A stretch of 64,000 bases of DNA. Origin: Pavona decussata. Its lineage: Eukaryota. The notes under the pieces are model-generated. The model had not been told where the DNA came from, did no database searches, and saw nothing but the letters and a program-made list of their open reading frames with translations. Location of the stretch: assembly GCA_977016875.1 (NCBI GenBank), contig CDRNST010000002.1, forward strand, positions 2,170,001 through 2,234,000, written 5' to 3'. Made by a program: the position numbers and the translations under genes. Numbering within the stretch: position 1 is the first letter of the stretch; each line of letters starts with the position of its first letter. This document shows positions 13,291 through 26,298 of this stretch, piece after piece.

Positions 13291-13679
13291 ATTGGTGTGT
13301 CTGTAGTAACAAGTTTCAATTGAATAGCTGTAATTGAACACCCACATGATCGTCATCTAATAACGAAGGAAGTAGGCGCATTGGGAGCTACATGTAATCA
13401 GATGTAATTACATAGATGTAATTAAATATATATTAATGAAATATTACCTGGTGCTTGTTCACTGTTTTCATTCGTGTTACAACAAAATAACAAATTAGGA
13501 ATTACTTTTCATGGTGCAATAATATTATGAATAGTAACATTGACAGAACAAATTGTTGTTGTATTATGAAAAATACAACTAAAATAAATTAACCTTCTTA
13601 TTTGTAACTAATACATAACAACTTTTCTGTGAAGCATGCATAACTGACTACATTGTGTAAAAAGTATTGCAAAGTATGT

Positions 13680-13823
13680 GACTTTAACCACAAATAAACC
13701 TCCGATTTCTCCGCCATCGCAAGCGATTGTACCACCACTACATGCACAATGTCCTGACTCAATCGTATCGTGAATTAATGCAAGAGTCTCGTTATGAGGC
13801 AGGTCTTTGATTGGATGATGCAA
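13680..13823 (-). pseudogene. SWIM-type zinc-finger exon fragment
   Basis: TIESGHCACSGG resembles the SAHCxC motif of TE-associated SWIM domains. Confidence 0.3.
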
Positions 13824-13958
13824 AAAAACCCATGAAAAAAGATGTGGTTTGAGTGCCCCTTACTGTAAAATGCCAATCAATACAAATATAATGATTTACA
13901 GGACAATTCTGGTCGATTATGTAGGATTGAACCAATCTTAAAAAGAAGGTCTTATTAA

Positions 13959-16900
13959 GGCGGGATTTAACCTAAAATTTGCCCCTTTTTGCAATGATTT
14001 GTAACTTCTAAGGGTTTCACTCAAACCATACAAAACCATATATCAATGGAAAGCTTATGAACCACAGACTTAAGAAATAAGCAACATTTTGCATTGTGGT
14101 CATGTGTAACCTGACATGGGTCAAATATTGTGACCCCATACTGTGTATGACCTGAGTGTACTTGAGAAAAGATATCTTGCCACAGATTATCTGAAATTTT
14201 GAGTTTTTTAACTTAATAGACAGTTTAGAAGCTATTTTGTGGGATGAGCATAGAACTTTGTTATCAAATAAATACTTTGGCTACAGTGCCAACTTAAAGG
14301 GGACCCAATTTTTCGGTGTCAATTTTGGAGCCATTTTTCCTTATAACTTTTTCCAAATTAAACATACAGAAAAACTCTATGCTCATCCCAGAAAAAACTT
14401 TGAAAGCAATGAACACTGAAAATTTCAAGTTAATTGGTCAAATCCTTCAAGAAATATTCTTTCTCAAAGTCGGAAAAAGCATATTCTGAGAAAAACTGAT
14501 TGAAAGTTGGAACACTAAATTTAAGGTTGTTCATAGCACTTATGGTGCATTTAAGTCATGCATTTGAATGAAATTGTCCATTTCAATCAGTTAGAAGCTG
14601 CTTGCTTCATATGTGACACCCTCAGCGTCCCTGAGGGCCTCTTCTCTGCGCGTACGCAGCAGCTGTATCCCTTGGTGGCGTTTCTTCTCTTTTGCAGAAG
14701 CCTGCAGGTCTGATTTTTTGAGCCACCTCTTGTCCTTTTTCTCTGATGCCTTTTTTGTAAATATTCCAGCTGGAATGGAGAGTCTGCTCATTACACTCAC
14801 TCTGCTTGCAGCTCCACTGTGAAAGTGGCAAACAGCAGAAGCTACTGCACAACGGATCACCTTAGCGCCATGGTGTTTATGTTTCGGGCAACGGACCCAA
14901 ACCATTGAGTTGATACATTCATTGCGGTTTTGTGTAGCACCACGCACACATCTTTCAAGGAGCTTTGTTTCCCTCAATGTCACAAAGGTAAGGTGCAACA
15001 AATCAAAAAATACCTCTGGCAAACAGTCCCTGCATCGTAGGTTGAGGTTCCTGTTGGAGAGTCTTGTTGCCATCTACACCATGAAGACTCACCAACAGGA
15101 CAGAAGCGGTCTTGTTTGGCAGGGTCTGGAGAATGAACACTGTGGTGAAGGATAGCAATGATGTTTTTCTTCGTGGTGTAAACAGCAACATTAAACTCTC
15201 TCTCAGTTGGGTTTGCCTTTGACAAAGTATTTTGCCTGATGGCCAGTCCATAATACTTTTGAAGGCGTTTAATACGACTTTCTGTAAGGCGGCCCTTCCC
15301 ACCAATAGGTTTTCCATCAGACAGTTTAACTTTGGTGGTAGCTTTTAAGTTCATCAGATGCTTCCCCATACGCTTCTGTACATGTCCGACACAGTCAAGT
15401 TTTTCAACTTTGCATCCATCATACATGTTTTCAACAGCATTGAAGGCCTTACTGTCACCATCAGAAACCATCCACCTTTACCTTAGGTTGTGTCGCTGTA
15501 TGGATCTGCTCCACAAAACTGTTGCACCCTCTGCTTCCATTGCAGGTGAGCTACCATTGAAATTAACATCACATTGATTTAAAGCGAGGTGCTCAGTTTG
15601 CCATTCCTCAAATTCCTCATCACTCTGATACTGACTCTTCTTTAGGGAACATTTTCGGCATTCCTTGGAAAGGACATGGTAGTCAAGTACCTCTCCAGTG
15701 TCCACTGCTATAGCAATGACTACACCGGTTAAGGATGTAAATCCTCTTTTGGCCCATGTGCCATCTGAGGACACTGCTGCATCCAAAACATCATCACTGT
15801 TCAACTGTCCATTTTCTTTTTAAAATGTGGGCACGCACCCTTTGCCCCGCGGACCTCATTTCATCCTCAGCTTCAGCCTCCAAAGCTTCCAGAATAGTCA
15901 AATAGTGTCGACTTGTTTGTAGTAGGCAGGCTCATATAAACGTGGCATGTTCATAATACTGCAAAATGACACAAGTCCTTCGTAGCCACCTCTTGTTTCT
16001 AGGGAATGATAAACGGCACATCGATTTACATCAAAGGACTGCCCTCTCTTGGTTATAGTGTATGACGTTTTAAGTGGTGTAGCATCAAGGCATACGCTGC
16101 ACTCCACCGAGAGATCAGCCATTAATCCATTTCTCCCAGACAGGTTTTCTTCTACAGTTAAAGAGCCTACAAGATGACATGGGCATTGACTACAGTTAAA
16201 ACAAAATCACTTGTTCATGTACATTTGAATTTGTTTACTAAGTACATAATGCAAAAAGATGATTGACCTTTTTAAAGTGATCTTAGTTAGTAATGAAATA
16301 TTTAATTATCAGAGACAAGTCTCTTCAAGAAGATCAACCCAATCAGCTAATATCACTGAAAACAGTTTTGACTGCAATATATTCTACGTCTTTTTAACAG
16401 TAATAAGCGCCTAATCACTTGCCAGAGGTAGTACTCTTTACATGTATGTCACAATTTCTCACCTTCCTTGCAAACATGAGCTTCTGACAGTGTCGAAGAC
16501 AACTTCGTCAAGTCTACGAGCCTATATCCCTCTCCCTGGCAAGACGTTTCATCGTCAAAACATTCTGGAAAACTATCAGAATAATCTTCTGGTGTCATTT
16601 TCAGTCGGGAAGCACTCAGCGATTGATCATTTTCAGAATCCGATGAAGGTTGTTCACATGATACACCAGCTGCTAGTTCGAAAACTCCACTATCATCTGG
16701 TGGTGTTTTCTTCGCTTTTTGCGTGTGTCTCTAAACGCCAGTGAAAGGATTTCCTTTCCGTTTCTTTCTGTAAACATTTTTCTTCTTATTTCCGGGCATT
16801 TTGGACCCAAAACTCGCCATAAGAAAGCTACCTCTTGTTCTCTAAATCTCCACTGTTGTGATAACACGTTCGGTTCGACGAATTTCGATCCCATGAGGTC

Positions 16901-17206
16901 TTCGACAGTCTTAGACGTCATGTAATAGGTCATATAGTGTCCTTACGAAAGTGGAGAAGGATTTATGGGAATTGGATGGACTGCAGGGACAGAAATCAAT
17001 GTAAAACCAAAAAATGCTGCTTTACGTTGCCATGGCAACCGAAACTGTTTTTTCATGGCACTAAATAAAACGCTTTGCTAGCAATGAAACAGCGCAATAT
17101 TAACTCTAAAACACTCGGCATAGCATTCTTCTATGATAGAAGTGTAAGATTTTAGAAAAACAAAAATATAGGCATTTTGGTCAAATTTTAGGTTAAGTTT
17201 CCCCCC
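13959..17206 (-). mobile_element. Kolobok-type DNA transposon (about 3.25 kb)
   Basis: Left TTAA (13955-58) then ggcgggatttaacctaaaatttgccc. The right end ggtcaaattttaggttaagtttcccc is its imperfect inverse. The element encloses a transposase. Confidence 0.78.
14591..16800 (-). pseudogene. Kolobok ('Mutator-like') DDE transposase, frameshifted, with one intron at 16167-16462
   Basis: Motifs DGTWAKRGFTS, DYHVLSKECRKC, GSSPAMEAEGA, VSDGDSKAF, CVGHVQKRMG and TQNRNEC..W..CPK. Removing the GT..AG intron restores HVCKE-G-SLTVEEN. Confidence 0.85.
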
Positions 17207-17220
17207 CCCCCCCCCCCCCC

Positions 17221-17500
17221 AGAAACTTAAATGTCTCAGTTGAGGGCAGACCTGTATAAACCTTAACTTCCATTTCTGTTGTCAGCTGTTCAACCTGCAA
17301 GGGAACGAAAACAGAGTAATCCATATCGGTTTCCATTTCTTCATAAGTATCATCGGTTCCCTCACTATCTTTATCTGACTCTTTGGAGCTGTGAAACACG
17401 CATCTTGAAGGACTAGCTTCTTGCAACTCGTTTGCTTTCCTTTTCCTAGGCAACCTTTTTTGCAAATAGTCTGAAACAGTCATAATAATAGATGGATAAT
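17221..17500 (-). pseudogene. Harbinger/ISL2EU-like transposase N-terminal fragment
   Basis: VKVYTGLPSTETFKFL resembles the YTGxP motif that precedes HTH_Tnp_4. Truncated at the poly-C tract. Confidence 0.4.
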
Positions 17501-18879
17501 CCATCAGGAGTTCTTCTTCACAATGGGAAATGATTGGAACAGACAAATGTCCCAGTAGCACCGGGCGAAGGATTGAATGCATCACCTTGTGTCTCCTATT
17601 TGTTTTCGCCACATTTCAGCGCGTTTTGGGTCAACTGGCCACTTGTGATATTTAAAATCCTTCACATGGGATCTAACAACAGCTAGATCATTATATCTTT
17701 TGTCATTATCGCAAAATCCTCTCGCACAACAAGCTTGTTTTGGCATGATAACAAATTATTGAACCATGTGGCAATTTGCATTTGACGCTCTGGTTGCACC
17801 TTGCCCCAGTTGTTTTGCACTCCCGGCAAATGGGGGCATTAACCTTGAAAGGGTCTATTGTTCTTTCCAACCATTCAGATATACCGTCTTTTGACAAACT
17901 TGATAATTTATTGATATGCAGGTCACAATCTGTCAGCTGTTTCGCGATGCCTGAATTGATGGTTTCGGTATTGGCAGAACTTCAGGTTTGACCATCTCCC
18001 CCATCAGAATAAACATCTCTCTTATGTATCCTCCTGAGCAATGTTCAAAAAATTACAGATTTGATAATCCTATCTTCTCTACCAATTTCAAAAGAGTGGT
18101 AAGCTTTATGATCGTGATTTTTTCTTTCGCTATCGAGTAGAAAGCTAAGAATGCATTAAAATATACATCTTCCTTTGACTTCTCTCTATTTACTAACTTC
18201 TTGTGCAAGACAGAAATGCCACTTAAAAGTTATGCATTCACGGTGGCTTTATGTTGTGAAGTTGTGTGCAGATGGTAGTGAAGGTGACGATGGATCATCT
18301 ACGACCTTAGGTAAAGTTCCAACTGGGTTGATGGGTGAAATTGCTCCAAAGCGATGCTTTGTTTTCTGCAATTAATATTCTTCAGTAAACCAAAGTGACA
18401 TTGCATTTATAATAAAACAATGGCGAAGTAAAAATTCATTCAAAATGCCTGTTCCAGAACATGATTTCTGTATAAAGAAGGAAAATAGTTCAGTCTGTTA
18501 GGAGCCATGCTTGGCAGCCATCTTTGTTCACATGACCACATCCTAATGGTTTGAAAGGGAGGCTGTTTAATTATGATATGGCTGAAAATTGCTGAATGTT
18601 TTATAATTATTATAGTATTTGACTGCGGTCAATGTGCCTCAAAACAACAATCTTATGTACGCTTTTACACCCTTTCTTGAGGCAAGTGTATCCAATATTT
18701 TGTCAACTTTATTTGAATTGAGAAGTGGTAAGCTGTACAAAGAATAAGTTATATTTTTTAAGTATTTGTTAACAAACATGGTAAAGTACCCCTTGACTCC
18801 ACGACTTACCGCTGCCAGAGCTCCAGTGGTAGACGGCTTCCAATGAAAGTCCAAAAATTCTTGAGATTTTCTTGCTCTT

Positions 18880-19625
18880 GAGGTGTTACCTGCCTCTGGC
18901 TGTCATTGGTGGCCACATTGTCCTTGCCTGGTGCTGCAACAGCCTGGAAGGCAGAAGAGCTGCACCACAGTCTCCATCTGCGCACTTACAAATTGTTTTA
19001 CAGAAAGAACAAATGTCTCAAAGGGGTTCAAGAGACCTAATATTTCATCCAGTGGTTTATGGGCTGAAACATGACAACAGCCCTTAGCAGTGACATAATC
19101 TTTCACCTCTTGTTCGCAGTGTACACCTTACTGCCCATGAAAAATTAGCAAATGAAATCATTGTATTTTAAACTATTTGGCTAGAAACATGAAAGAAGAA
19201 AAAATATGGTTACTATAGACACAAGTTATATAACTAATAAATGCCTACATTGAAATCATAAAATGTATAAATTGCCCAGATACTACTCTTGATTCCATCC
19301 AGGTCTCCAGAATTTTCTCTTATGGCTTTGCTATAATAGTTCTGCATTTCACCTATCTGATCGGTGAGACGGCCTCTTCTGTCAACTCTTCCCCCATCTT
19401 CCCCCCCCCCCCTGTCTTTTTTAAATGTGTCCTACAGTCTTCTTTAACTACTGGATATCTGTCTCCGTAAAGTTTTTCAATTTTAGATTTAACTTTCCCA
19501 AAGCAGCTGCTGTCACTGTCACCAGCAATGCTGGAGTACATCAGGGTTCTCTTCTCAGTGCTCTGACTGAATATGTCTATGGCCCCTATGGACTGTTCAT
19601 GTCCCTTGAAGATTGCGTACTGAAG
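18880..19625 (-). pseudogene. Second, more decayed Kolobok-type transposase remnant
   Basis: GAIDIFSQSTEKRTLMYSSIAGDSDSSCF..VVKEDC(V)GHI, RGRLTDR and MQNYYSKAIRENSGDL. Confidence 0.7.
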
Positions 19626-19984
19626 GGTTATACATAAAATTAAAAAAAAATGGTTATGGTTTGAGTGAACAGTGAGTCGGTGTAGCTCTTTGTTTGCTCT
19701 GTTAACATGACAGACCAATTAGCATCTGGCGTTGACGTAAGGAGGTTAGCAAGGTCAGCGAGTGGGTGTTGAAGCACGTACTATCGCTGTTTAATAAGAG
19801 GTTTGCACCTTAAACAACAACTGCATATTTGGAATTTTGCAAATCAGCAAAACCATTCATACTTTAAATCTGTCTACTCAGCTAAACAGAGCTTATGCTG
19901 ATAAGTAAATTAATAGCTATTGTAATGACAAAACTTGAAGTGCGGAGGTTCAATAAATAAAGTGTCAAATTGAATAGACACCGC

Positions 19985-20524
19985 TCAGGTAGATAGATTA
20001 ACCCTAAGTGCAGTAGGCATGACAGTTTGCGGTTGGGTGGTTGGGTTGTGAACATGTACCACTGAGTCACTATGTAGAGTCACCTCTTTGGTGGATGCTG
20101 TATTAGGGTTAGAGGGCGGAGGCCCAGGCACACAACCCTCTTGTTGGTGCTGTGGGAGTTGATGTAGTTTAATTGCCTGGCTGTATGTACAGCACTGAAA
20201 CTCTAGCTCTGAAATGATTGTCTGTAGAACAAAAGGAGCTGGTTCTATTGACTCTCCAGGATTTTCAACAAGAGTCCTGCAGACTGGGCATTGTGTACCA
20301 CACATCTCAAACGAAAACGAAAGGCAACTACCACAAAAAATATGAGGGGTTGGGCATTTGGTCTGTACAGGTTGATCCAAGACTTCTTTGCAAATGGGAC
20401 AGAGATATTCATGTTTAATGTTCTCAGCATTATGTTCTATAGTATAGAAAACAACGGCAAAAGATAGGGTAGACACCAGACCTATATGCTTATTGCGGGA
20501 AAAATTCCACAGATGCAGAAACAT
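19985..20524 (-). pseudogene. C3HC4 RING finger plus a following zinc finger (RAG1/TRAF-like arrangement)
   Basis: CPICKEVLDQPVQTKCPTPHIFCGSC...CPVCR, then LEFQCC...LPQHQQEGC. Confidence 0.75.
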
Positions 20525-20846
20525 GAAGTGTTTTTCAGACTACTAAAAGGACGTGATGAATCACTCCGTCCAAAAACCAGTCGCCTTAATCCGATACTTA
20601 ATGTTATCTAACCTAGCAGTTGACCTTTATGTATGAAACATTAACTAACAACTCTGTAGACAACAACTGCGCATAAAATTCATCTTTATACAGCCTTTGG
20701 GCATATACTTTTTGTCTTCAGGTTATCTGTGGGCTCTCACAGCCTTTGATCTTTTTGAGCCATCATCCCAATAATCACAGTGGCCTCAATCATGAAAAGT
20801 CAACTTCACATGCGCGAACTAAGTTTCCACATTGATGCATTCTGAA

Positions 20847-22676
20847 AGTGTCAGCTTCACCTAAATTTTCTAAAAAATCTCCCGTTGCGTGTTCCTCGCG
20901 CTGCTCTCTGCTTGCCTAAAAACCGCAACAACAATAATAATACTAATAATAATAATGTTGAAGACGAAATACGTAACATAAATAGAAAAATCTGAATAGA
21001 AAAACAACCAAAAGTGGGGCCACAGTAATAAAACAAAAACTGTCTGTAAAAGATGGGAAAGAAGTGATTGGTGTAGAGAGGCGTGAAATGAAGTTTGATG
21101 GTAAGGACGAAGTTGATGAAGCAGACAAAGAAGCGATTGGTGTTGAGAGGAGGCTTGAAGATGACGAAGGTGGGTTGATGAATTGCGACAGTTGTAAGCA
21201 AAGATGTGGTGGTGATGGAAACAAAGAACAGTTGTGGAACTCTGGCCATTGTTGATGGTGTGCAGTTAAAACGTGCTTCCAGGTAGTGTAAACAGAAAAA
21301 AAAACTTGTTGACAGGGCGGCAAAAGAATAGTGGTGTGTAGAACAAAATGGAAATAACATGCAGCAAACCAAAATTCCTGGTAGTGTGGAATGTTCAGAG
21401 TGAAATAATGGTGCAAAATGAAAAAATGATGGTGTCCTTGTTAATATGGTTAAGGTAGTCCGCATTGTCGGTAGTATCATTGTAGAACGGGCAAATCCCG
21501 TGAACTTCGTTTTTGAGGCTCCTGCAGTTCTCGAAGGAGAATCCGCAGGCAGCCAAAAGCAGAATTGTAAAAAAGCGGCACAGTTGACATGATTCATTCT
21601 CGTCCAACGCTAAGTTCACAATGAACTTGTTTGGTTTCAGCACTGTGAGAAATACTCTGATTAATTGATTCATAAGATAAACTTGCATTACACATTTGCC
21701 TGTATCCAGTGTCACCTTCACCTAAATTTGGTAAAAAAATCTCCCGTTGCGCGTTTCTCATGCTACTCTCCGCTCGCCAAAAAAAAGCAATGCAATAATA
21801 ATAATAATAATAATAATAATAATTATAATAATAATAATAATGTTAAAAACGAAATACAAAAGAAATAGAAAAATCTGAAACAGAAAAATAGCCAAAAGTG
21901 GTGCCACAGCAATAAAATAAAAACTCTCCGTCAAAGACGCGAAAGAAGTGATTGGTGTAGAAAGGCATGACGTGAAGTTTGAAAGCAAAGACGAAGTTGG
22001 TGAAGCAGACGAAGAAGCAGTTGGTGTTGAGAGGAGGCTTGAAGATGACAAAGGTGGGTTGATGAATTGCGACGGTTGTAAGCGAAGATGTGGTGGTGAT
22101 GGAAACAAAGAACAGTTGTGGAACTCACGCCATTGTTGATGGTGTGCAGTTAAAACGTGCTTCCAGGTAGTGTAAACAGAAAAACAAACTTGTTGACAGG
22201 GCAGCAAAACAATAGTGGCGTGTAGAACAAAATGGAAATAACGTGCAGCAAACCAAAATTCTTGGTAGTGTGGAACGTTCAGAGTGAAATAATGGTGCAA
22301 AATGAAAAAATGATGGTGTCCTTGTTGATATGGTTTAGGTAGTCCTCATTGTCGGTTGTATCATTGTAGAACGGGCAAATCGCGTGAACTTCGTTCTTGA
22401 CGCTCCTGCAGTTCTCGAAGGAGAAACTGCAGGCAGCCAAAAGCAGAATTGTAAAAACGCGGCGCAGTTGACATGATTCATTCTCGTCCAACGCTAAGTT
22501 CACAATGAACTTGTTTGGTTTCAGCACTGTGTGAAATACTCTGATTAATTGATTCATAAGATAAACTTACGTTACACATTTGCCTGTATTTAGTGTCACC
22601 TTCACCTAAATTTGCTAAAAAATCTCCCGTTGCGCGTTTCTCATGCTACTCTCCGCTCACCAAAAAAAAGCAATGC

Positions 22677-22728
<52 letters not shown>

Positions 22729-24469
22729 TTAGTAATAATATTGTTGAAAACAAAATAGCTAATGAAATAGAAAAATCCGAACAGAAAAACAACTAAAAAT
22801 GGGGCCACAGTAATAAAATAAAAGCTGTCTGTAAAAGATGTGAAAGAAGTGATTGGTGTAGAGAGGCGTGAAATGAAGTTTGATGGTAAGGACGAAGTTG
22901 ATGAAGCAGACAAAGAAGCGGTTGGTGTTGAGAGGAGGCTTGAAGATGACGAAGGTGGGTTGATAATTTTCAACGGTTGTAATCAGAGATGTGGTGGTGA
23001 TGGAAGGAAAGAACAGTTGAGGAACTCTGGCCTTTTTTTAATGGTGTGCAGTTAAAACGTGCTTCCAGGTAGAGAAAACAGAAAAACAAACTTGTTGACA
23101 GGGCAGCAAAACAACACTGGCGTGTAGAAGAAAATGGAAATAACCTGGAGCAAACCAAAATTCTTGATAGCGTTTAACATCCAGAGTAGAGTAATGGTGG
23201 AAAATGAAAAATGATGGTGTCCTTGTTGATATGGCTTAGGTCGTCTCGGTCAGTTGTATCATTGTAAAACGGGCAAATACCGCAAACTTCCTTCTTGAGC
23301 TTCCTGCAGTTCTCGAAGGAGAAACCGCAGGCAGCCAAAACCAGAATTATTGAGTAAAAAGCAACACAGCTGACACGATGCATCCCTGGTCCAATGTTTA
23401 GTTAACAATGAACTCGTTTGGTTTCAGCACTTTGTAAAATTCTCTGATTAATTGATGCATACAATAAACTTCCGTTACAAATTTGCCTGTAGCGAGTGTC
23501 ACCTTCACTTAAACTCGATGAAAAATCTCCTGTTGCGTGTTCCTCACACTAGCCTCCGCTTGACTGAGAAATGCAATAATAATAATAGTCCTAACAATAA
23601 TAATAATAATAATAATGATCATAATAATAATAATGTTGAAAACGAAATACGTAAGAAATAGAAAAATCTCAAACAGAAAAACAGCCAACAGTGGCGCCAC
23701 AGTAATAAAATAAATACTCTCCGTCAAAGACGCGAAAGAAGTGATTGGTGTAGAAAGGCATGACGTGAAGTTTGAAAGCAAAGACGAAGTTGATGAAGCA
23801 GACGAAGAGGCGGTTGGTGTTGAGAGGAGGCTTGAAGATGACGAAGGTGGGTTGATGAATTGCGACGGTTGTAAGCGAAGATGTGGTGGTGATGGAAACA
23901 AAGAACAGTTGTGGAACTCACGCCATTGTTGATGGTGTGCAGTTAAAACGTGCTTCCAGGTAGTGTAAACAGAAAAACATACTTGTTGACAGGGCAGCAA
24001 AACAATAGTGGCGTGTAGAACAAAATGGAAATAACGTGTAGCAAACCAAAATTCTTGGTAGTGTGGAATGTTCAGAGTGAAATAATGGTGCAAAATGAAA
24101 AAATGATGGTGTCCTTGTTGATATGGTTTAGGTAGTCCTCATTGTCGGTTGTATCATTGTAGAACGGGCAAATCCCGTGAACTTCTTTCTTGAGGCCCCT
24201 GCAGTTCTCGAAGGAGAAACCGGAGGCAGCCAGAAGCAGAATTGAAAAAAAGCAGCACAGTTGACATGATTCATTCTCGTCCAACGCTAAGTTCACAATG
24301 AACTTGTTTGGTTTCAGCACTGTGCGAAATACTCTGATTAATTGATTCATAAGATAAACTTACGTTACACATTTGCCTGTATTTAGTGTCACCTTCACCT
24401 AAATTTGCTAAAAAATCTCCCGTTGCGCGTTTCTCATGCTACTCTCCGCTCGCCAAAAAAAAGCAATGC

Positions 24470-24530
<61 letters not shown>

Positions 24531-26238
24531 TTAGTAATAATATTGTTGAAAACGAAATAGCTAATGAAATAGAAAAATCCCAACAGAAAAACAACTAAAA
24601 ATGGGGCCACAGTAATAAAATAAAAGCTGTCTGTAAAAGACATGAAAGAAGTGATTGGTGTAGAGAGGCGTGAAATGAAGTTTGATGGTAAGGACGAAGT
24701 TGATGAAGCAGACAAAGAAGCGGTTGGTGTTGAGAGGAGGCTTGAAGATGACGAAGGTGGGTTGATAATTTTCAACGGTTGTAATCAGAGATGTGGTGGT
24801 GATGGAAAGAAAGAACAGTTGAGGAACTCTGGCCATTTTTTAATGGTGTGCAGTTAAAACGTGCTTCCAGGTAGAGAAAACAGAAAAACAAACTTGTTGA
24901 CAGGGCAGCAAAACAACAGTGGCGTGTAGAAGAAAATGGAAATAACCTGGAGCAAACCAAAATTCTTGATAGCGTTTAACATCCAGAGTAGAATAATGGT
25001 GGAAAATGAAAAATGATGGTGTCCTTGTTGATATGGCTTAGGTCGTCTCGGTCAGTTGTATCATTGTAAAACGGGCAAATACCGCAAACTTCCTTCTTGA
25101 GTCTCCTGCAGTTCTCGAAGGAGAAACCGCAGCCAAAACCAGAATTATTGAGTAAAGAGCAACACAGCTGACACCATGCATCCCTGGTCCAATGTTTAGT
25201 TAACAATGAACTCGTTTGGTTTCAGCACTTTGTAAAATTCTCTGATTAATTGATGCATACAATAAACTTCCGTTACAAATTTGCCTGTAGCGAGTGTCAC
25301 CTTCACTTAAACTCGATGAAAAATCTCCTGTTGCGTGTTCCTCACGCTAGCCTCCGCTCGACTGAGAAATGCAATAATGATAATAATAATGATAATAATA
25401 ATGTTGAAAACGAAATACGTAAGAAATAGAAAAATCTCAAACAGAAAAACAGCCAACAGTGGCGCTACAGTAATAAAATAAATACTCTCCGTGAAAGACG
25501 CGAAAGAAGTGATTGGTGTAGAAAGGCATGACGTGAAGTTTGAAAGCAAAGACGAAGTTGATGAAGCAGACGAAGAAGTGGTTGGTGTTGAGAGGAGGCT
25601 TGAAGATGAGGAAGGTGGGTTGATGAATTGCGAAGGTTGTAAGCAAAGATGTGGTGGTGATGGAAACAAAGAACAGTTGTGGAACTCTGGCCATTGTTGA
25701 TGGTGTGCAGTTAAAACGTGCTTCCAGGTAGTGTAAACAGAAAAACAAACTTGTTGACAGGGCAGCAAAACAATAGTGGCGTGTAGAACAAAATGGAAAT
25801 AACGTGCAGCAAACCAAAATTCTTTGTAGTGTGGAACGTTCAGAGTGAAAAAAATGGTGCAAAATGAAAAAATGATGGTGTCCTTGTTGATATGGTTTAG
25901 GTAGTCCTCATTGTCGGTTGTATCATTGTAGAACGGGAAAATCCCGTGAACTTTATTCTTGAGGCTCTTGCAGTTCTCGAAGGAGAAACTGGAGGCAGCG
26001 AAAAGCAGAATTGTAAAAAAGCAGCACAGTTGACATGATTCATTCTCGTCCAACGCTAAGTTCACAATGAACTTGTTTGGTTTCAGCACTGTGTGAAATA
26101 CTCTGATTAATTGATTCATAAGATAAACTTACGTTACACATTTGCCTGTATTTAGTGTCACCTTCACCTAAATTTGCTAAAAAATCTCCCGTTGCGTGTT
26201 TCTCCTGCTACTCTCCGCTCGCCAAAAAAAAGCAATGC

Positions 26239-26298
<60 letters not shown>

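Noticed and set aside
21064-21255. Acidic 63-71 aa plus-strand ORF repeated in every array unit
   Set aside because: It is the antisense of the NNC/NNT-biased minus frame, which produces stop-poor GNN-rich codons, and it lacks a consistent ATG.
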